Of a DNA stretch of 64,000 bases, positions 58,009 to 64,000 are shown in pieces. The position numbers and the translations under genes were made by a program. The notes under the pieces are model-generated. The model was not told the DNA's origin. It did not search any database and saw nothing but the letters and a program-made list of their open reading frames with translations. The stretch lies in contig JAZNEA010000102.1 in NCBI GenBank assembly GCA_045588325.1, forward strand, positions 1,348 to 65,347, in the 5' to 3' direction. The stretch is from Clostridia bacterium. GTDB taxonomy: Bacteria; Bacillota; Clostridia; RGIG7378. Position 1 is the first letter of the stretch. Each line of letters starts with the position of its first letter.

Positions 58009-59058
58009 TTAGTAGATAACCTTGTTGAACTGTTCCATAACGCGGATGTCTCCGGAGTTAAGAACTCTGATATCTCTGATGCCGTAGCGCATCATGGCAA
58101 GTCTGGTGAGGCCGCCACCAAAGGCAAAGCCTGTATACTCCTCAGGATCAATGCCACCGGCCCTCAATACGTTGGGGTGAACCATGCCGCAGGGCAACAG
58201 CTCAATCCATCCACTCTGCTTACATGTGGGGCATCCCTTGCCACCACAAATCATGCACTTAAGGTCCAACTCAAAGCCAGGCTCAACAAATGGGAAGAAT
58301 CCTGGGCGAAGTCTTACCTCAACATCCTTTTGGAAGAATTTGGACAAAAGCTGCTTCATACAGTAAATCAGGTTGGAAATGGAGACATCCTTGTCGATCA
58401 CCATACCCTCAAACTGGAAGAATGTGTTCTCGTGGCTGGCATCGATTGACTCGTTGCGGAAGCATCTGCCGGGGGCAACAATCTTAAGGGGTGCACCGAA
58501 CTTCTCCATGGCCCTGATCTGACATGTGGATGTCTGTGTCCTCAGCAACTGTCCATTGTCGCACCAGTATGTGTCCTGCATATCTCTGGCAGGGTGGTCT
58601 GCGGGAACGTTCAGCGCCTCAAAGTTATAATATTCGCTCTCAAGCTCTGGTCCATCTACCACGTTAAAGCCCATGGATGTAAAGATATCCACAAGCTCCT
58701 TAGCAACTATTGTGATGGGGTGCAAAGATCCTTTGAGGGAATAGTCACCAGGCAGTGTGATATCAAAACCGCCTGCTGCCTCAATCTGCTTAGCAATATC
58801 CAAGTTGACCAACTCTGTCTCCTTGGACTTAATAAATCGGTCAACGTTCTCTCTAAAGGCACTGGCTCTGGCACCCATGACCTTTCTGGCCTCGGGCTCC
58901 ATGTCCTTAAGTCCCTTGAGAACAGAGTTAATCTCACTCTTTTTTCCAAGGAATTTGACACGGATTTCCTCCAGCTTGTCCCTTGACTCGACCTGGGCTG
59001 CCTGAGCCTCAAAATCCAGTTCCAATCTGGTTAGCAAATCGAAAACGTTGTCTGACAT
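58009..59058 (-). CDS. pheS: Phenylalanine--tRNA ligase alpha subunit
   Basis: Class II aaRS core motifs are present. The start was set at MSDNVF, preceded by the RBS AAGGAGAG. Confidence 0.95.
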   Translation of the reverse strand: MSDNVFDLLTRLELDFEAQAAQVESRDKLEEIRVKFLGKKSEINSVLKGLKDMEPEARKVMGARASAFRENVDRFIKSKETELVNLDIAKQIEAAGGFDITLPGDYSLKGSLHPITIVAKELVDIFTSMGFNVVDGPELESEYYNFEALNVPADHPARDMQDTYWCDNGQLLRTQTSTCQIRAMEKFGAPLKIVAPGRCFRNESIDASHENTFFQFEGMVIDKDVSISNLIYCMKQLLSKFFQKDVEVRLRPGFFPFVEPGFELDLKCMICGGKGCPTCKQSGWIELLPCGMVHPNVLRAGGIDPEEYTGFAFGGGLTRLAMMRYGIRDIRVLNSGDIRVMEQFNKVIY

Positions 59059-59097
59059 AATTCTCTCCTTAAATTCCATAGCCTATGGCTATCATTA

Positions 59098-59934
59098 TCA
59101 TATCTTGTGAGCTTTAACTACTCTATCCATGTTGCCATAGTCCTTGATGACCTCAACATGGTCATAGCCCGCTCTCTCAAACAGCTCTTTAACCTGAGCC
59201 CCCTGGGTATCCCCTATCTCTACCAGCAAGTAACCACCTGAACTAAGATGGTCACCGGCCTCCCTGGCTATCCTGCGGTAAAACAGCAAACCTTGATCCT
59301 CTGCAAAAAGTGCTCCGGATGGCTCAAATTTTGTGACCTCTGGCTCTAAATTCTCGCCCTCATCATAAGCAATGTAGGGGGGATTGCACAGTATGAGGTC
59401 AAACTTCTCGTCCTGTGGCAAGGCATCAAACATATCGCCCTGCCGGAGCTCCACATTGGCCTCTAATCGATCCACGTTGATACGAGCCACATCCAGTGCC
59501 TCACGTGAAATATCTGTGGCAACAACTGGTATACCTGCCTCCAGAGACAAGGTAATGGCTATGCATCCACTGCCTGTGCACAGATCTGCCACCCTGGGTG
59601 TGTCCATGGGGGCAACTGCCTCTATCGCCTCTCTGCACAGCACCTCTGTGTCAAATCGCGGTATAAGGCATCTGCTGTCCACATAAAATGGTCTGCCATA
59701 AAACCATGCCTCGCCCAATATGTATTGGATGGGGCGCCTGGTTGTCGCTCTCTCCACTGTAATGTCCACAGCTCTGCACTCCATATCCCCCACCTCCTTG
59801 TCGCCATATATCATGGCCTGGGTGTTGGATATGCCAATGTGTTCCAATATCAGTCTGCACTCGGACTGGTATTCCCTGATACCTGCCTGAGACAAGGTGA
59901 CCTGTATGTACTCTCTCAACTGCGAGATAGTCAT
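59098..59934 (-). CDS. prmC: Release factor glutamine N5-methyltransferase PrmC (HemK)
   Basis: 278 aa. The NPPY motif occurs as LILCNPPYI. A SAM-binding motif DLCTGSGCIA is present. Confidence 0.85.
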   Translation of the reverse strand: MTISQLREYIQVTLSQAGIREYQSECRLILEHIGISNTQAMIYGDKEVGDMECRAVDITVERATTRRPIQYILGEAWFYGRPFYVDSRCLIPRFDTEVLCREAIEAVAPMDTPRVADLCTGSGCIAITLSLEAGIPVVATDISREALDVARINVDRLEANVELRQGDMFDALPQDEKFDLILCNPPYIAYDEGENLEPEVTKFEPSGALFAEDQGLLFYRRIAREAGDHLSSGGYLLVEIGDTQGAQVKELFERAGYDHVEVIKDYGNMDRVVKAHKI

Positions 59935-59935
59935 A

Positions 59936-60898
59936 TTACCACCTGTCAGCCTCCTGATCCTCAGGGATTACATTCTGCATGGCCTTAATAGCAACCTCTA
60001 ACATGCTGTCGTCGGGTTCCTTGGTGGTGAGCTTTTGGAAAAGCATGCCAGGCTTACTCAGTGCATTGCAGAACTTAGTGTCATGGCTACCGGCAAATTT
60101 GATCACCTCATATGAAATGCCAGCTACCAGTGGGAGCAAAACTAACTTAATCAGCAGGTTGAGCCATCTGCCCATATCAGGCACTACAGAAAACACCAAT
60201 ATGGCAATCAGCATAACCAGGAACATAAATGAAGTGCCACATCTCTTATGCTCCTTGGGGAATCTGCGGCAATTCTCTACAGTGAGCTCCTCTCCTGCCT
60301 CGTAGCAGTATATAGTCTTGTGCTCTGCTCCGTGATACATCCACACGCGGCGCATGTCCTTCATGGTGTTGGCCAGCAACAAGTATCCTACAAAGACTAT
60401 GATACGAACGATGCCCTCCAGCAAATTGCTCAGGACGTGAATCGCGGTAATGCTCCTGTCCCACGGAATAAAGGACACAATAAGGCTGGGAAGCAACACA
60501 AAAAGACAAATGCTGAGGCCCAGAGCAAAGATAACTGTAATAACCAGCATCCAAGGAGGTATTGTCTCCTTTTCCTTAGGCTCTGTATCTGCAACCTCTG
60601 TTGTGTTGTCACCGTCTTGGGCCTTATTGGTCTCCTCGGAGACATCGACCTGCTCAGCGGAAAACATAAGTTCTCCAATACCGATCTTCATCTGAGTAAA
60701 CAGATTGACAGCGCCTCTGACAAATGGAATCTTGGATGCCTTAGGTGCCTTGGGTCTGTCCTGTGTCTTCTCAATGATCTCGCCGTTGGACAGACGTACA
60801 CAGGATGAAATCTTGTAGGGGCCCATCATCATGAGGCCCTCCATTAAGGCCTGACCACCTATGCTTGTCCTCTTTGTTTCTCTCTTAATCTCACTCAT
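59936..60898 (-). CDS. DUF1385 (YqhQ-like) membrane protein
   Basis: 320 aa. The N-terminus GGQALMEGLMMMGP is followed by a multi-TM C-terminus, with a D/E/T-rich linker insert. The prmC/rpmE neighbourhood is typical for this family. Confidence 0.7.
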   Translation of the reverse strand: MSEIKRETKRTSIGGQALMEGLMMMGPYKISSCVRLSNGEIIEKTQDRPKAPKASKIPFVRGAVNLFTQMKIGIGELMFSAEQVDVSEETNKAQDGDNTTEVADTEPKEKETIPPWMLVITVIFALGLSICLFVLLPSLIVSFIPWDRSITAIHVLSNLLEGIVRIIVFVGYLLLANTMKDMRRVWMYHGAEHKTIYCYEAGEELTVENCRRFPKEHKRCGTSFMFLVMLIAILVFSVVPDMGRWLNLLIKLVLLPLVAGISYEVIKFAGSHDTKFCNALSKPGMLFQKLTTKEPDDSMLEVAIKAMQNVIPEDQEADRW

Positions 60899-60949
60899 AA
60901 TTCTCTCTCAAATAAAAAACAAAAGGTCGTGTGTAGCACGACCTTGCGT

Positions 60950-61165
60950 TTATTCACCTTTTCCGGTATAACCGTACTTCTTTCTGAACTTGTCTACGCG
61001 TCCGCCGGCTGTGTCAACTAACTTTTGCTTGCCGGTAAAAAATGGATGACACTTGGAACAAATTTCAACTCTAAGTTCAGGCTTAACAGAACCTGTCTCG
61101 AATGTGTTTCCACAAGCACACTTAACTACTGACTTCTGATAATTAGGATGAATGCCCTCTTTCAC
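60950..61165 (-). CDS. rpmE: 50S ribosomal protein L31 (zinc-binding type)
   Basis: The sequence [10 protein letters not shown]…CACGNTF…[10 protein letters not shown] carries a CxxC…CxxC zinc ribbon. The start was set at GTG, preceded by the RBS AAGAGGTG. The 99-aa track ORF includes 5' UTR. Confidence 0.85.
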   Translation of the reverse strand: MKEGIHPNYQKSVVKCACGNTFETGSVKPELRVEICSKCHPFFTGKQKLVDTAGGRVDKFRKKYGYTGKGE

Positions 61166-61237
61166 TTGGTTCACCTCTTCCTTCCATATATTGGCTCGTC
61201 TAAATCGACGAAATAATTTCAAAAATAGCCATGGGTT

Positions 61238-61266
61238 ATAATAACACAACCCTAAACCTTGTTCAA
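61238..61266 (-). promoter_or_regulatory. Candidate sigma-A promoter of rpmE
   Basis: On the minus strand: TTGAAC, a 17-nt spacer, then TATTAT. It lies about 70 nt upstream of the GTG start. Confidence 0.4.
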
Positions 61267-61591
61267 GTACTTTTTTAGGAGATAAATTGCATAATTTAAC
61301 GCTGCTCTTCTGCCGTGCCGGAACAACTTGGCGCTATGTATATACTAGCACTTATCCATTATCCTGCAAATAACACATTTGCTCTTTTTTCGGAAGATCC
61401 AGCGGTCTTCCACCTCTTTTAATGGACCGACAAATCTTGGGCCTGGAGCCAGACACTCGACCAGTTATGCATTTATTTTGGGGACAGGATAAGTCCCGAG
61501 GACATCTCTTAAGCATTTGACCCGCTGAAACTCAAGGGTAAACTGCACACCCGTTTAACGGGTGACCTCGACATGCAGCCGGCCAAATGTT

Positions 61592-61635
61592 ATGAATACA
61601 ACAAGGGCTGAATAACAAAAATTGCCATCCAGCCC
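61592..61635 (-). terminator. Candidate terminator of the upstream AT-rich gene
   Basis: On the minus strand: a 9-bp stem GGGCTGGAT…ATTCAGCCC with a 13-nt loop, immediately followed by TTGTTGTATTCAT. Confidence 0.4.
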
Positions 61636-61719
61636 AACTCAATTTTTAGAAAAACCTAAGATTTTTTCATTGATCCAAGAGGTTTATACAAAATATTTTA
61701 CACTACCATAAGCACACTG

Positions 61720-62550
61720 TTAATCTTCCAGTTTTGGATATTTCTTCTTCAACAACATATAATTTTTCTTTTCATTCTCTCTTATTATGTCGTCTATTTC
61801 TTGCTCACTCTTAAAGAGCAAATCCTCAATTAAATGTATTTCTCTATCAATAATCCCTTTTATAGAATCAATATCATCTTGTCTCTTTTGTGATTGACAT
61901 AGCATTGCTTCTAAAGAAAAATTTAATGTATTTATTTTGTCATGTAAGGAAACCATTAACATCTGTCTTAATGTTTCTTTATCATGATTTTTTAATGACA
62001 TGTACATCATAACATCTGTCAAGGCTTCCATATCACTTAGATACATCTGCTCGAAACTATGCTCAAAATTCTCACACCCGAAATGCCTGTACCAAAATCT
62101 ATTCTTGATTTTTTCTTCTTTATTCAGCTTTTTCCTTGCTTCATCTCTCTGTTTAACATACTTTTTAATTGCATGGACATATGGCATAGAATCATCACCA
62201 TTAAAAAATGGAACGACCCATTTATCAAATTGTTTTTTTACTCTATAAAGACATCGTTTCATGTCGCCACTGCAACTTGGATTAAATAAAAATTGTTTTT
62301 GGTCTAATACAAAGTCGTCTATACTAAACCTACAATAGCTACTTAATTCATCATTAATGAACTCTATACATAGCGGACATATTCCATACTCCAAATACAC
62401 TTCTACATACACTCCTCTTTTTAGAAAATTAAATTCCATAATTTGAAGTACATCATTATTCAGTCTATAGTATAAATTTCCTTTTTTATGAAATTTCATA
62501 TTATTATAAAATTCCATAAAATCCTTCAAAAAACTCTCCATGTATCCCAT
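61720..62550 (-). CDS. Hypothetical protein, candidate immunity protein of the adjacent orphan Rhs toxin tip
   Basis: 276 aa with very low GC and K/E/D/Y/F-rich composition. There is no signal peptide and no recognisable catalytic motif. Its position immediately downstream of an Rhs C-terminal remnant suggests an immunity role. Confidence 0.4.
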   Translation of the reverse strand: MGYMESFLKDFMEFYNNMKFHKKGNLYYRLNNDVLQIMEFNFLKRGVYVEVYLEYGICPLCIEFINDELSSYCRFSIDDFVLDQKQFLFNPSCSGDMKRCLYRVKKQFDKWVVPFFNGDDSMPYVHAIKKYVKQRDEARKKLNKEEKIKNRFWYRHFGCENFEHSFEQMYLSDMEALTDVMMYMSLKNHDKETLRQMLMVSLHDKINTLNFSLEAMLCQSQKRQDDIDSIKGIIDREIHLIEDLLFKSEQEIDDIIRENEKKNYMLLKKKYPKLED

Positions 62551-62572
62551 TTTCCTCCAATCATCTCAATTA

Positions 62573-63165
62573 AAATGCATGAATATATTTCTTGTGAGAT
62601 AACGATGAAACTAACTTATCACCCAATAAAGCTAAAGTGCCAACTACAGCAATAATTACCACTTCAGCAAAATTAACTGGTTTGTAATCATATGTAATTA
62701 TTCCATTTCCATTTGATCTATAGGTTACTTTATACATCTTTGACCCATAAGTTTTTTTAATATGAGAAACTACCTGATCATGAATTTCCCCTGGATAACG
62801 TAAGTATCCATCCTCATCACTATAATTTACAGGATTGTTCTCACAGTAAGCAAACAGGTTATAGCTTAGCTGCGTTCCAGTTGCACCAAGGAATGAGACA
62901 TTATCAGCATTAACAAACCTACCCCACTCTGGGTTGTAGTATCTACTATTGAGATAATACTGCTCTGTCTCTGTGCCGTAGACATAACCTCTATATCTCA
63001 GCGGGTTGTGTACGCCAAGGGTGCTAGCTTTCGTGCCAGAAACACTCTCTATTTCTCCCCATGCATTGTAGTATATAGAACTGCAGGTGGTTCATCCCTC
63101 TAAGCCAGACCAACTACATCTCCTTGTGCATTAAGCATAAGTGAATCACTATCATTCTTGGAAAG
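62573..63165 (-). pseudogene. Orphan Rhs/YD-repeat C-terminal fragment (core end + ~80-aa C-terminal toxin tail), frameshifted
   Basis: The 62573-63091 frame reads …GVHNPLRYRGYVYGTETEQYYLNSRYYNPEWGRFVNADN…NLFAYCENNPVNYSDEDG, which is the canonical Rhs core-end (PxRYxG…YYxxRYYxPxxGRFxSxDP…NxYxYxxNNPVNxxDxxG). It is followed by YLRYPGEIHDQVVSHIKK…FAEVVIIAVVGTLALLG…KYIHAF. An in-frame TGA lies at 63092-63094. A second frame at 63103-63165 reads LSKNDSDSLMLNAQGDVVGLA (end of the preceding YD repeat). The fragment starts abruptly after the stop of the preceding gene. No start codon and no ORF ≥60 aa are found. Confidence 0.55.
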
Positions 63166-63170
63166 CAGTA

Positions 63171-63995
63171 CTAAATAGTTCCTCCCTTATTAAATCTCCA
63201 ACGAAACACTTTTTCTAAATCTTGGCCATGTTGAGTAATACGCCACAATCCCCCATAGCTATCTTCAAAATAGATCCATTTATCATCTAAAATGTAGCAT
63301 CTACGGGCATCGCCCTCATATATCAACGTTGTTTCTCTAGAGCCAATGTTATATACATAGATACCATCGTCTCTATGTGCTATATATACTTGCCCATCAT
63401 AGACATTAAGCCCAAACAACTTATTATCTCCTTGAAAAATCACTTGTGGCTCAGTATTTCCATCTAAATCAAAAAGATATAAATCCTCGCTTTCTCCGTA
63501 AGGGCGGAGAGTTATAAAGGCAAAACCTTCTACTATGTAAATGCTGTTGCCTAGGTAACTATTGTTGGCTTTGTACACAATAGTTTTTTCTTTGGTTGCA
63601 ACATCATACTTTCTAATCTCATGATTACCATTTTCTGGGCACCATGTATAAAAAACATATCCATTATATGGGTAAAATCCACCAACGCAATCACTTTCAA
63701 TACACGTTGTTTCTCCTCCTTCGTATACATTTAAAGAAGTTCCATACACCTTTGGATATTCTTCGCAGTAAATAATGGTATCCAGAATACTGTATTTATA
63801 CAGACCTATTTCATCCGAACCAATAAAATCTGCCTTCTCAAACCTTTTTTTCGTTAGCTCAAATATGTTATCTGCTTCCCGATAATTACTTAAATAGAGA
63901 CTGTCCTCAATTTTATGCAAAAATGTGCTAGACAACGAATTAATTTCCTTGGGAAGTGTAATCTTTCTTGCGATATTAGAATCAATGCAAATCAC
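63171..63995 (-). CDS. Hypothetical repeat protein (DUF5050-like beta-propeller-type repeats), possibly 5'-truncated by the window edge; candidate immunity/accessory protein
   Basis: 274 aa and AT-rich. Repeated …IYVYN…LIYEGD… / …KWIYFEDSYGGLWRI… blades resemble DUF5050 repeats. The ORF begins 5 nt from the window end, so the true start may lie outside the window. Confidence 0.35.
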   Translation of the reverse strand: MICIDSNIARKITLPKEINSLSSTFLHKIEDSLYLSNYREADNIFELTKKRFEKADFIGSDEIGLYKYSILDTIIYCEEYPKVYGTSLNVYEGGETTCIESDCVGGFYPYNGYVFYTWCPENGNHEIRKYDVATKEKTIVYKANNSYLGNSIYIVEGFAFITLRPYGESEDLYLFDLDGNTEPQVIFQGDNKLFGLNVYDGQVYIAHRDDGIYVYNIGSRETTLIYEGDARRCYILDDKWIYFEDSYGGLWRITQHGQDLEKVFRWRFNKGGTI

Positions 63996-64000
63996 TCCAT

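Noticed and set aside
61267-61719. Identity of the spacer as tmRNA, RNase P RNA, SRP RNA, 6S RNA, T-box or hammerhead ribozyme
   Set aside because: None of the diagnostic motifs could be found on either strand: tRNA-like 3' end with CCA, GGAAAGTCCGG-type P4, the SRP domain IV loop, T-box specifier/antiterminator, CUGAUGA…GAAA. It remains unclassified rather than assigned.
1-64000. CRISPR arrays, IS elements, integrases, prophage genes
   Set aside because: No short regularly spaced repeats, transposase/integrase-like ORFs or terminal inverted repeats detected. The only repeats are the 45-bp pair at the lipoprotein genes.

Overview
The window is a ~50% GC Firmicutes (Clostridia/Lachnospiraceae-like) chromosomal segment. 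It is about 95% coding, and almost every gene sits on the minus strand. Gene content is dominated by core housekeeping, listed here from low to high coordinate. First come ackA-pta with an acyl-CoA ligase, then the rlmB-mrnC-cysS block, a LeuA/CimA homolog and deoD. The division/cell-wall (dcw) cluster follows: mraZ-rsmH-ftsL-like-PBP-murE-murF-mraY-ftsW-murA-ftsQ-ftsA-ftsZ. Next is a YesM/YesN-type two-component system flanking a sugar ABC transporter, a HAD hydrolase, a rubrerythrin divergent from a Crp/Fnr regulator, a YitT-family protein and a stand-alone tRNA-Arg(CCT). The remaining core genes are ftsY-smc-rnc-plsX-pgsA-rimO-prfC, rluA-like, trmFO-topA-dprA-comM, truA, murG, pheT-pheS-prmC, a DUF1385 protein and rpmE. 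Accessory-looking content is confined to two places. One is a tandem pair of paralogous small lipoprotein genes (45.4-46.5 kb) that share a perfect 45-bp repeat over their translation-initiation regions. The other is the last ~2.8 kb (61.2-64.0 kb). There a 450-nt hairpin-rich ORF-free spacer sits upstream of rpmE, followed by a strongly AT-rich island. The island carries a frameshifted orphan Rhs/YD-repeat C-terminal toxin tip (canonical RYYNPEWGRF...NNPVNY core-end motif plus a short novel C-terminal tail with a TM helix) and two candidate immunity genes. No transposase, integrase, CRISPR array or rRNA was seen. The polymorphic-toxin remnant island and the unexplained structured spacer next to it are the most likely places for anything undescribed.
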